From positions 49,686 through 113,685 of the forward strand of contig CAZNOF010000005.1 in assembly GCA_964574595.1 (NCBI GenBank): a stretch of DNA of 64,000 bases. Direction: 5' to 3'. Under the pieces are notes generated by a model. It was given only the letters and a program-made list of their open reading frames with translations. It ran no database searches and had not been told where the DNA came from. A program made the translations under genes and the position numbers. Source of the DNA: an uncultured Pseudomonadales bacterium. Its GTDB lineage: Bacteria; Patescibacteriota; Microgenomatia; UBA1400; PJMF01. Positions 30,086-39,122 of the stretch are shown piece by piece. Every line of letters begins with the position of its first letter. The stretch's first letter is position 1.

Positions 30086-30946
30086 ATGCCTCTTCCAGAA
30101 ATTTCCTCCGAACCAGTCTTCCCAAATCAAGCCGTTCCGCTAGGTTTAACTTCAGTCGTGTTTGCATCTGGGGTAGGACTTTTGCTCATGGAGATTTTGA
30201 TCCTGAATAAGTTCGTCGTGGCAAGGCAACCGATTATCCCGGTTTTACGAATTCCAGATCTTCTTATCGGTGTGACTATCTACTTAAAGACATCAATTGA
30301 TTTTGCAATTTTCATTGGTAGGTTGATGAGCAAGTACCCAGGTTGGAAAAATCGAATAATGATCGAAATTGGAACGGCTCTAGGCAACATTGTTGGTACT
30401 TTAGCAATTCTGCTATTGTGGGATTTCTTTCGAGAAATTCGTTTTCTGATGGCGCTTATGATTTTAGTGGCTTCGTTAGTTCTGTTGCGAATGGCGGAAG
30501 AAGGCTTAGAGCATGTCAAAGATGAAGCGGGCTACTACAAAATTAAATTTGCCAAACTCGCGTACCAAATTGAAAAGACTCTTCATACAGTAAATACCTT
30601 CTTAGCTCCAGTTTTAAATAAAATTATCCCTCGAACAGACATGAAAGAAGATGGAAAAAAGAGTATGTGGGGATTGTTTGTGGTGGCATTTACGATTCCT
30701 TTTGTGCTGGGATTAGATGATTTTGCCGGATATATTCCACTTTTTAATGTAGTAAATGTCTTTGGATTTGGCTCAGGTGTTTTCTTAGGGCACATGTTCT
30801 TAAACATTGCATTGTTTTTATCGCCAAAAGTGACAATTAAAGTGGTGAAACATCCATATATCTCATTCGCGGGAAGTATTGCCTTCGTTGGTCTGGCAGT
30901 TTGGGGACTAATTGAAGCAGCAAAGTTAATCGGTTTAGGGGTCTAA
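30086..30946 (+). CDS. Polytopic membrane protein (286 aa)
   Basis: At least seven hydrophobic segments. It lies 10 nt after the helicase-nuclease gene. Confidence 0.5.
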   Translation: MPLPEISSEPVFPNQAVPLGLTSVVFASGVGLLLMEILILNKFVVARQPIIPVLRIPDLLIGVTIYLKTSIDFAIFIGRLMSKYPGWKNRIMIEIGTALGNIVGTLAILLLWDFFREIRFLMALMILVASLVLLRMAEEGLEHVKDEAGYYKIKFAKLAYQIEKTLHTVNTFLAPVLNKIIPRTDMKEDGKKSMWGLFVVAFTIPFVLGLDDFAGYIPLFNVVNVFGFGSGVFLGHMFLNIALFLSPKVTIKVVKHPYISFAGSIAFVGLAVWGLIEAAKLIGLGV

Positions 30947-32674
30947 TTATTTCCAACCGGGAAGAGCGAAAAAGAATGTATTTGCATACCAGTTCGGTAC
31001 GAATATTCCAATCCAGTTAGGGTAGAAAATAAAGAATGTGGCTCCCACAGCTAGAACTGATAACCACAAAATGAGCCGTCGCACAGCCAATGTTTTTCCA
31101 GCAAAGTGTACTTCAGTAGAAATATTTTGCGATTTGACCAGCCAGTAACTCAGAATAATTGCCAAGGTGGGAACAGCTGGAGTGTAGTGATAGAAGAACA
31201 TAATTCGAGGTGACAGTTGCCAAGGGAGCCAGACAATAAAGTAGGCGAACGTAATGAAACGCAGCGGTGAGAGAGCCGGGACGTAGTTGAGGTGAGTGAG
31301 AACCTCATTCTGTTTAATGACCGGCTCAGCGGTCATCACATCTTTTACCCCTTTGGTCAGGATGGTCACCACGGTAAGCAAAATAGCGATATCTCCCAGC
31401 CAGAATAGAATTGGATTTCCTTGTGTGTAAATGTTCGCGATCTGATCTTGACCATACGCAACAAACATCCAGACTGGCCGAATGTCTAGGAACCACTGAA
31501 TTGGTCGAGACTGATAAGGATGAGTGGCTTTCAAATTTGTTTGATACCACCAGATCTGAGTGTGCAACTCGGAAAAGTGAGAAATCAGCCGCTTGCAACC
31601 ACCTCTCGCTTCCAAACTTTCCCATTTTGCTGAATTTTGAGGCATGATTATTTTCAATCCTTCTACCCACCAAGAATTCGTTTGTTCGCAATAACATGAG
31701 CCTTGCTGCACGAAGTCTTGTTCGCAGACAAGTGTTTTTCCCTGAGCAAACATTTGCCAGTAGCTAGACACGTAAATAATGCCTGGAATGAGAATAACGT
31801 AGATAAGAACTTTACTGGCTTGAAAGAATATAGTTTTGAAAATCGTCAAGAAAACAGATGGTGTCCTTGCTGATTGAAAGACGCCACTAATGTAGGACAT
31901 TCTGGAAATTTCAGGAAGTCGTGTAGACAAAAACTTCTGATCTTCGTAATAGCTGACATACGCTTTCAATTGCTGCACCAAACTAATAAACTCGAAAAAG
32001 AGAATCGTCATAATTGCAAAAAAACCAGACCACTTACTTGCGGCAGCCAGTCCAAGACAAACGCTTGTTAAGAAGAGAAGAAACAAGTGTCGTTTATTTT
32101 GTGATCGATGGAAGAGCGTAAACTCAGGAATTTGCTCTTTCTCTGCCTTGGTTTCAGGAGCCTTTTGGAGAAGTGCCGCGCGATATTTTAAGTAGAAGAC
32201 GAATGACAGTAAAATAAAGAAAGTCACATGGATATCGTTCATTGCGATTCGCGACTGCACCAGCAACAAGCCATCAAAACTTGCGAGTGCTCCGGCTAAA
32301 ATGCTTATCCGTTTATCATGAAAAAGCTCCTCAGCTAGAAGTACAGTCGCCGCAATCACTAGGGTTCCAAAAATTACCGAGCTAATTCTCCAACCAAAAG
32401 GCGTTTCACCAAATACAGTCATTCCAAGAGCTTGAGTATATTTAGCAAATGGTGGGTGCAGCCAATCTACAGCAGTGCTTGGTTCTGGAGGTTCATTCCA
32501 CCATTCAAAAGCTCTGGGATCACCCCGGTGAATTAACTTAGCAGTGACAGCGTGGTATACCTCATCAAAAATGTAGGTTTTGATTTGACCCACCTGATAA
32601 ATGCGAGTCAGAAAAGCAAAGGACAAAATAAGCCCAAGCCAGAGCCAAAAGTATTTTTCGACTAAAAATTTCAT
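30947..32674 (-). CDS. GT-C fold glycosyltransferase, GT39/PMT-like (protein O-mannosyltransferase family; lipid-carrier dependent)
   Basis: A 575-aa polytopic protein with the family-typical loop-1 acidic motif FDEVYHA shortly after TM1. Confidence 0.55.
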   Translation of the reverse strand: MKFLVEKYFWLWLGLILSFAFLTRIYQVGQIKTYIFDEVYHAVTAKLIHRGDPRAFEWWNEPPEPSTAVDWLHPPFAKYTQALGMTVFGETPFGWRISSVIFGTLVIAATVLLAEELFHDKRISILAGALASFDGLLLVQSRIAMNDIHVTFFILLSFVFYLKYRAALLQKAPETKAEKEQIPEFTLFHRSQNKRHLFLLFLTSVCLGLAAASKWSGFFAIMTILFFEFISLVQQLKAYVSYYEDQKFLSTRLPEISRMSYISGVFQSARTPSVFLTIFKTIFFQASKVLIYVILIPGIIYVSSYWQMFAQGKTLVCEQDFVQQGSCYCEQTNSWWVEGLKIIMPQNSAKWESLEARGGCKRLISHFSELHTQIWWYQTNLKATHPYQSRPIQWFLDIRPVWMFVAYGQDQIANIYTQGNPILFWLGDIAILLTVVTILTKGVKDVMTAEPVIKQNEVLTHLNYVPALSPLRFITFAYFIVWLPWQLSPRIMFFYHYTPAVPTLAIILSYWLVKSQNISTEVHFAGKTLAVRRLILWLSVLAVGATFFIFYPNWIGIFVPNWYANTFFFALPGWK

Positions 32675-32681
32675 ATAGTAA

Positions 32682-33635
32682 TTAGAACAAGTATAAGATG
32701 GTCATGGTCAACAGGCCAAACAAAAATATAGTGCTGAGTAACGGCTTATCTCGCAAGACTACTTTTTCTGGAGATTCACCTTCATTATCCTCATAGACTA
32801 ATTGAAGATATCTCATCACTCCAAAAATGACCAGTGGAACCGTAGCCATCAAGAGTTTTTGTGATTGCAGAGTTTTTGGCAATATTGTGTAGACACTTAA
32901 CAACCTACCGGCTGGAGAGACACTTTCAGTTTGGAAAGCAAATAGCGCGTAGGTTAACCAGGTCGCATTGGCAAACATGCCGGTGTATTGATCGAGCAGA
33001 CGTTCACTGTATCGTTTCAGCGTTTTTCGAGTTTCTCCCATCTCTTTCCCTTTCAGGAGAGTTCGTTCACTTTGTCGTTTCCCCACAGCTAAGAAGAGTG
33101 AGGCTGAGAGGACTGTCAATAAAAACCAAACGCTGGTGTGAAGATTCACAACCACAGCTCCGGCATAGATTCTCAGTAAAAAGCCGGCTGCAATTGATAA
33201 AACGTCAATAATGGCGATGTGCTTTAGTTTTTTGGCATAAAGGATTTGCAACACAAAATATGCTGCCACTGTCAGTCTGAAGAATGGTGAAAAAGAGAAA
33301 CTGGCTAAGAAGACAATCGCTAGACCAGCCGCGGCCACACAGGCAGCTACCGGAATTGGTAATGCTCCAGAAGCAATTGGACGCTTCTTTTTAAAGGGAT
33401 GCATCCGATCCGCTTCAACGTCCACAATGTCATTAATGATGTAAATCGAAGAAGTCAAAAAACAGAAAACAATCACCGCGAACGTAACGGTTAAGAAGTA
33501 AGGCAGTTCGTTGGCAGGCTGATAGAAAAAGAACCCAGAAAATGTAAGAGCTGCGTAGAGAGCTAAGTTCTTTATCCATTGCCGTGGTCGGGCGGATTTA
33601 GCAATGAGGTAAATGAGACTGTTTTCCATAATCAA
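32682..33635 (-). CDS. UbiA-family polyprenyl-phosphate phosphoribosyltransferase (decaprenyl-phosphate 5-phosphoribosyltransferase/DPPR synthase-like)
   Basis: PRQWIKN near the N-terminus and NDIVDVEADRMHPFKKKRPIASG, which matches the DPPR-synthase version of the UbiA Asp-rich motif. The protein has about 8 TM segments. Confidence 0.6.
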   Translation of the reverse strand: MIMENSLIYLIAKSARPRQWIKNLALYAALTFSGFFFYQPANELPYFLTVTFAVIVFCFLTSSIYIINDIVDVEADRMHPFKKKRPIASGALPIPVAACVAAAGLAIVFLASFSFSPFFRLTVAAYFVLQILYAKKLKHIAIIDVLSIAAGFLLRIYAGAVVVNLHTSVWFLLTVLSASLFLAVGKRQSERTLLKGKEMGETRKTLKRYSERLLDQYTGMFANATWLTYALFAFQTESVSPAGRLLSVYTILPKTLQSQKLLMATVPLVIFGVMRYLQLVYEDNEGESPEKVVLRDKPLLSTIFLFGLLTMTILYLF

Positions 33636-34711
33636 ATTCTTGTTTTGTTTGTTTGAATCTTCGCCCAGATCAGGAATCCAAAGACAGAACAGGTGACAAT
33701 TCCGAAGGTGATTACCTTACCTAAACTGCTCAAGTATAATGATAACACACCCAAAATAAGAGTCGTTAGCCAGTAAAAAATTGCGATCCTTCTGCGCCCC
33801 CAACCCAAGACATCCATCAGTTTATGATGTAAATGACCGCGATCACCCCAGAAAGGCGACTTACCAGCTGCCAATCTTCTCGCAATAGTAAAAATCGCAT
33901 CTGCTGTGGGAATGGCCAAGACCATGATTGTGGTAGCAATTTTGGCTCCAGAAAGAATTGACAAAACAGCTAGCAAAAAGCCAGCCAAGGAGCCAGCACC
34001 ATAACCAGGCATGATTTTTTGAGGATAGACGTTCCAGACTAAGAGTCCAGCAAATGAGCCTGCTGCTATTAATGCTAGCGCTTGCGTATTGAATTGACTT
34101 GGATCGTCGGCAAACCGGCCAGCCAGGAAGCTAATAAAGACTAATGCTATTGCCACAAAACCGGGCATCTGACCATCTACACCTTTGGACCAGTTCACGA
34201 TATTCATATTCCAAACTATGAAAAAAAGCGCTAAAAGATCAGATAAAATCCAAACTGAATGTTGCGTGCCGAAAAGTTGGAACGAGTAAATCAAGGTATC
34301 AAGATGAATGACACCCTGACCAAAAGGATTGGTGACATAGGCAATACCAATTCCAGATCCCACAACAATCAGAGCGGCAATCAACCCAACTCCAAGCCTA
34401 TAGAGTGGATGAATGTCTTTTACGTCATCAATGAAGCCAGTGATTGCCAGGAGAAGTGAGGCAAAAAGAATTGCTAAAAGATACTTATCAACGTGCAGAA
34501 AGAGGAATGAGCAGATCAGCAAACTACTAAAAATGACAATCCCGCCACCTCTTGGAACTGGCTGCTTATGTGTCGTTTTGACGTGAGTAGCAAGCTGTGG
34601 ATCTTCTACCCAACCGTGTTTTTTATACCAATAGATAATTGCTGGGGTAATCAAGAGGGCGAGTAAAAAACTGCAGCCAAAGAAAATCATATTAAGAGAT
34701 GATATAGACAA
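33632..34711 (-). CDS. Polyprenyl-phosphate N-acetylhexosamine-1-phosphate transferase (GT4 MraY/WecA family)
   Basis: A 359-aa polytopic protein with the GFIDDVKD motif and the cytoplasmic-loop organisation of MraY/WecA. It overlaps the downstream UbiA gene by 4 nt. Confidence 0.6.
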   Translation of the reverse strand: MSISSLNMIFFGCSFLLALLITPAIIYWYKKHGWVEDPQLATHVKTTHKQPVPRGGGIVIFSSLLICSFLFLHVDKYLLAILFASLLLAITGFIDDVKDIHPLYRLGVGLIAALIVVGSGIGIAYVTNPFGQGVIHLDTLIYSFQLFGTQHSVWILSDLLALFFIVWNMNIVNWSKGVDGQMPGFVAIALVFISFLAGRFADDPSQFNTQALALIAAGSFAGLLVWNVYPQKIMPGYGAGSLAGFLLAVLSILSGAKIATTIMVLAIPTADAIFTIARRLAAGKSPFWGDRGHLHHKLMDVLGWGRRRIAIFYWLTTLILGVLSLYLSSLGKVITFGIVTCSVFGFLIWAKIQTNKTRI

Positions 34712-35045
34712 TCCTTACTAGTTCCAAAGTTAGTAAAATTTGAATTGCTAAGGTACACCAAGCAAAGAGCATGGGAATAATCTTCTCATGGTGAAAAAGG
34801 ATCTTAATTAAAAAGGCGTGCCCAATTGTAATCGCAAATGATATTACCGGAAAAAGAATCAGCCATTGCTTATCAACTAGATAGTCGGTTGGTTCGGCCA
34901 ACGAATAATACATGGGAACAGTTGGTTGGAGTCTGAAATAGGCAATCAGGAGAAAGAGCGCAATTCCCGAGCTAAATAAGAACGAAAGCTGAAAGGGTGC
35001 TTTCAAGTACCGGGGAACTTGGAGTGAAAATGTTTTAGGAGTCAT
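34692..35045 (-). CDS. Small membrane protein (117 aa)
   Basis: Three to four TM segments. It overlaps the GT4 gene by 20 nt inside the glycosylation operon. Confidence 0.4.
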   Translation of the reverse strand: MTPKTFSLQVPRYLKAPFQLSFLFSSGIALFLLIAYFRLQPTVPMYYSLAEPTDYLVDKQWLILFPVISFAITIGHAFLIKILFHHEKIIPMLFAWCTLAIQILLTLELVRIVYIIS

Positions 35046-35078
35046 AAATGGATCTTGAGTACTTCACCATCCATTATA

Positions 35079-36707
35079 TCAGGTGGGAATCTTTTTCCAG
35101 AGAATGAAGTGCTCAAAGTTCAGGTTGGGAATGTAGTTCTGTTCAAGGTACATTTTAATTTCATCTGGAACTGTTTCCCCCTTAATTACTACAGCATAAA
35201 TTGGACGCACTTTCACTAAATCAAGGTATGTCTCGTGTTCTGCTTGGAAGTCTCTAATATGAAACAGAACGGTAAATCTGCCGACAGGAGATTTTCTGGA
35301 TAGGGCATACAGGCCTGGATCTGTTCCCCAGATGAAAAGGTGATTGCCAGGTGAGGCAGAGATGATTTTGGCGGCCGCATAATTATCCGGCATCAGCACT
35401 TCAAAGCTATCCCGGTACTCTTTGCCGGTCATTTGACCCGTTAGAAAGCGATAAAAACGTTGGTAATAACTCAGCGTGGCATATGGCCGTACGTTAAGTA
35501 GAACCAGGGCACTTACAAAAACAAAAATGAGTGCAGCTGAGGTTACTATTTCCAGACTTCTGCCGATTTGTTCACCGGCACTTTGTTTCACTTTTCTAGT
35601 GATAGTCAACGTTTTGACAATGCCCAGGAGTTCACCAATTAGCAGCGCAAAAGGTGGTACGAGCTGCAAAAAGTAGTGCGGATAAGGTCGATTCGACAGG
35701 AGTGTTGCAAAAAAGGCGAGGGCAAACCAAGTGGCAACAAATTGAAACTTATGTCGCATATATCGAGATGAAAGAGATACGAGGCCGATGATTGCGGCAG
35801 CAATCAAAGCTTTTCCACCTAGAGTGAAAGCAAAACTAATAAGTGGATTGGCAAACTCAAGCTTCCATGAACCGGCATACCTGAAGTTATAGAGTAAGCC
35901 ATAATCGAGATATGCTTTGCCTGAACCGCGGACGACAAAATAAATGATTGAAGCGATAATTGGAGTGATAACGCCAGCAGACACAACAAGTGTTGAGACA
36001 ATTGTTTCTTTCGCTTTGACCATCCAAGTTCGGTTTTGGCGATATCGATCAAAGATCGGCAATGCTCTAAGCAGACTAAACCAACCAACACTCAAGAATG
36101 CTAGGACATCAAATAAGCCAGGAACTTTCGTTAAAATACCCAAGCCAAAGAAACAACCCGCAACGAACAGCCACAGATTTTCTGTCTTATGAGTGGCCAG
36201 TTCAGGGCCAGGAATCGATTTTTCTGACGCGAGAAATTGGTTTAAAGACTGCGTTTTCATTAAACTGGCAGCTCCCAACAGTACGAACGTAATCACAAAT
36301 AACTCGCCGTTTGGAATATTTCCTTCCAGTGCGGGAAGCGTTGTTAAGACAACGAATACAAGAGTTGAAAAATAAGTAATCCAGTTGCGGGAGAAGAGTT
36401 TTTTACAAAGGGTATAAAAAATAATTGTGCTGATCGTCATGGCACCAATATTCAGCACGCGGAACCAGAATTGATTGGGCACCATGGCTAAGTAATAAAT
36501 GATTGGTGTCTTGTGGTCAATGATTTGGCTATAGAGCTTCTCTCCTTGAACCATTGCCCGACCAATCGTTAAGTAAATTGCTTCGTCTCCATACCAATAT
36601 GGTTCCACCAAGTTGGGGATTCGCAGCATCAGCATGAGAGCTAACAAAATTAAAATTGGAATGTGTTGATCAAGGAAGTAATCGACTTTTTTGAACCATT
36701 TAAACAT
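35079..36707 (-). CDS. GT-C fold glycosyltransferase, ArnT/PMT-like (GT83/GT39 family)
   Basis: A 542-aa polytopic protein with an N-terminal YWYGDEAIY acidic motif typical of lipid-carrier-dependent GT-C enzymes. Confidence 0.5.
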   Translation of the reverse strand: MFKWFKKVDYFLDQHIPILILLALMLMLRIPNLVEPYWYGDEAIYLTIGRAMVQGEKLYSQIIDHKTPIIYYLAMVPNQFWFRVLNIGAMTISTIIFYTLCKKLFSRNWITYFSTLVFVVLTTLPALEGNIPNGELFVITFVLLGAASLMKTQSLNQFLASEKSIPGPELATHKTENLWLFVAGCFFGLGILTKVPGLFDVLAFLSVGWFSLLRALPIFDRYRQNRTWMVKAKETIVSTLVVSAGVITPIIASIIYFVVRGSGKAYLDYGLLYNFRYAGSWKLEFANPLISFAFTLGGKALIAAAIIGLVSLSSRYMRHKFQFVATWFALAFFATLLSNRPYPHYFLQLVPPFALLIGELLGIVKTLTITRKVKQSAGEQIGRSLEIVTSAALIFVFVSALVLLNVRPYATLSYYQRFYRFLTGQMTGKEYRDSFEVLMPDNYAAAKIISASPGNHLFIWGTDPGLYALSRKSPVGRFTVLFHIRDFQAEHETYLDLVKVRPIYAVVIKGETVPDEIKMYLEQNYIPNLNFEHFILWKKIPT

Positions 36708-36751
36708 TCGTTCATTATGAACAACATTTTGAAAAACCGCAAATCGAAAAG

Positions 36752-38248
36752 TTAGACTTTTTCTGTGACGCGGTACTCGATATATTTCCCTAACATTAAT
36801 CTAGTATGAGCATCTAGACCAGGCAGGGCTGAGAAGAAGAATCCGATAATGGGTAAAAGTAAGAACTCAACAGGTTGCAAAATATACGAGAAAACGTTTC
36901 GCTTGTTTGGTCGAGGGGGTCTGTTCATTGCGTCAATCACAAAAATAACCAACATACTGATCAGTGACATGGTCAATAATCCAGAAGTTACTTGAGGCAA
37001 TCGAGTACCTAATGCTGTTCTAGCAAAAACAGGATTAAGAAGTGGCGGCAAAATTGCAGAGGTGGTAATTGCGAACCAGTTGACTGGCCACAAGAAATGG
37101 TCCTCAACAATTTTAAAGACGCGGATTGTTTTATCCCAAAATGGGACACCTTCAGACAGCACATACTGGCGAACAATGTAGGCGTCGTCACTAACACCCC
37201 ATGCCCAACGCACCAACTGTTGATACTGATTTGTCATAGCTGAGACGAAGCCCTTGGCTTCGGCAGCATCCGCATAGATTGGTAAGAAGATTGGTTGAAC
37301 CTCAAAATCGCCTTTTTTGGCAAAGTACGATTTAAAGAATAACCGATAATCTTCTGGAATAACGTCAGTATCCCAATAGCCAATGTCATCGACATGCTTC
37401 AAGGAAGTTGAGTAGGTAGAAAAGTTCACTAATCGATCTTTTCTCATTAAAATATAAAGTTGGGAAACAGAAAAAACTGATGCTAAAACGCGAATGGGAG
37501 GGTAGACCTTCCAAATATTATTATAAAAAACAATGCCGCCCTGCCAAATTTTATTGAATGGCTTGTCGGTTGTTAGGAAGTCGTGAGTGAGACTAGCAAA
37601 GTAGCTTTTGTGAAATAGTGCGTCAGCATCTTCACTCGTAATGGTAACTTTTTTGATATCTAAACCTTCTTGATCAATGAGCAATTTTTTAGCAGCCTTA
37701 GCACCCCAGCTTGTATTAGATGATTTACCTTTTACTTCACCCTGAATATCAGGATGTTCCGTTGTCCAGAGATCTCCAAACAAATGTCCAAACTCCTTTT
37801 TGAGTAAAATAGCTTTTTCTCGTGCGACTTCACCTTCTCGTTCTTCAAAAGAGAGCATAATGTGGAGACGTTTAATTGGGTATGTTTGTTCCGAGAGAGC
37901 CGCTAAGGTTCTTTGAAGCGTGGTCAACGGTTCTTGATAGGTTGGAATGACGATAATGTGATGAATACTGTCCCAAGTTTGAGGGTACTCTTCTTGCAAG
38001 TAGCCAATCCAGTTAAACTTCATGGAGGCTCTCATTTTAAAGTTAGCTACGATGGAAAGAATGGCGATCGAGACAGATCTGTAGAGCCAGTACACTGCAA
38101 AAGTGATCACGTAGTAAGCCACAATGGAAGGAAAGACAAACGAACCCCAGATTGGAAAGAGAATTAGTGACCAAGAAACAAATCCAGGCAAAATTTCTAA
38201 AAAGCGTTGGGTTCTGATTGGGTGACGACGAAAGTACGTTTTGATCAT
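36752..38248 (-). CDS. Membrane-embedded family 2 glycosyltransferase (GT-A fold with N- and C-terminal TM bundles)
   Basis: IVIPTYQEP and a SEDAD (DXD-like) motif in a central cytoplasmic domain, flanked by TM segments. Confidence 0.5.
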   Translation of the reverse strand: MIKTYFRRHPIRTQRFLEILPGFVSWSLILFPIWGSFVFPSIVAYYVITFAVYWLYRSVSIAILSIVANFKMRASMKFNWIGYLQEEYPQTWDSIHHIIVIPTYQEPLTTLQRTLAALSEQTYPIKRLHIMLSFEEREGEVAREKAILLKKEFGHLFGDLWTTEHPDIQGEVKGKSSNTSWGAKAAKKLLIDQEGLDIKKVTITSEDADALFHKSYFASLTHDFLTTDKPFNKIWQGGIVFYNNIWKVYPPIRVLASVFSVSQLYILMRKDRLVNFSTYSTSLKHVDDIGYWDTDVIPEDYRLFFKSYFAKKGDFEVQPIFLPIYADAAEAKGFVSAMTNQYQQLVRWAWGVSDDAYIVRQYVLSEGVPFWDKTIRVFKIVEDHFLWPVNWFAITTSAILPPLLNPVFARTALGTRLPQVTSGLLTMSLISMLVIFVIDAMNRPPRPNKRNVFSYILQPVEFLLLPIIGFFFSALPGLDAHTRLMLGKYIEYRVTEKV

Positions 38249-38299
38249 AAGCGGCAGAATTCTATTTTACCTGATTAGGCCTTGAATATATATCCTGTA

Positions 38300-39118
38300 T
38301 TACTGAACACTGAACAATCGTAAACTATTTTCGTAGATTTGGCTAAGGTCTAGTTGAAGTTCATCGGCAACATATTCTGCAGTCAGGGAAATCATCCAGG
38401 GCTCACATGGTTTCCCTCGATGTGGAACTGGTGGCAAAAATGGCGCGTCAGTTTCTAGCAGAACTCGATCTTTCGGCGCAAACGCGGCAATCTCTCGAAT
38501 CCGTTGAGAATTTTTATATGTTACATTGCCTGCCAGGCCAATGTAGGCACCTAGTTGTATGGCTTCTTGAATGTAACTTAAAGGACCGGAGACACAGTGA
38601 AGAACAAACGGTTGAGAAAAAGCATGTTTTTGCAAGATCGCTAATACATCGCCGTAGGCATCCTCTTTGGTGTCCCGTACGTGGATTATTAACGGCACTT
38701 TTAATTCCTGCGCAAGTTGTATGTGCATTGAAAAACCAGCTTTTTGCGCACTTTTTATCGATTCACGTAACTCGGCATCATCAGGGAGTCGAAAGTAGTC
38801 TAGACCGGTTTCGCCAATTCCAGCCACATGGGATAAATCTAATGACCGTAGACCTTTCTCATCCACTTCAATTGACTGAAGTACTGACTGGTTACTTGAC
38901 TCAACTCTTTCTTGATACTCTCCCGGATGAATTCCAACGACCGCATGAAAGGCTGGATTTTCTTTTGCCAAATTTATCGCTCTCAGGTTTGTCTCTTGGT
39001 TGACGCCAATAATCGTTGAGTGGGTTACACCAGACTCTTGAGCCTTGGTCCAATACGTTTTCCACTCGTTGAAGAATGGATCTAAATTATAGTGACAGTG
39101 AGTGTCGAAAATTGTCAT
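38300..39118 (-). CDS. tatD: TatD-family metal-dependent DNase/hydrolase
   Basis: N-terminal FDTHCH and TIM-barrel metal-binding His/Glu/Asp positions, consistent with a 272-aa TatD. Confidence 0.75.
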   Translation of the reverse strand: MTIFDTHCHYNLDPFFNEWKTYWTKAQESGVTHSTIIGVNQETNLRAINLAKENPAFHAVVGIHPGEYQERVESSNQSVLQSIEVDEKGLRSLDLSHVAGIGETGLDYFRLPDDAELRESIKSAQKAGFSMHIQLAQELKVPLIIHVRDTKEDAYGDVLAILQKHAFSQPFVLHCVSGPLSYIQEAIQLGAYIGLAGNVTYKNSQRIREIAAFAPKDRVLLETDAPFLPPVPHRGKPCEPWMISLTAEYVADELQLDLSQIYENSLRLFSVQ

Positions 39119-39122
39119 GTAG

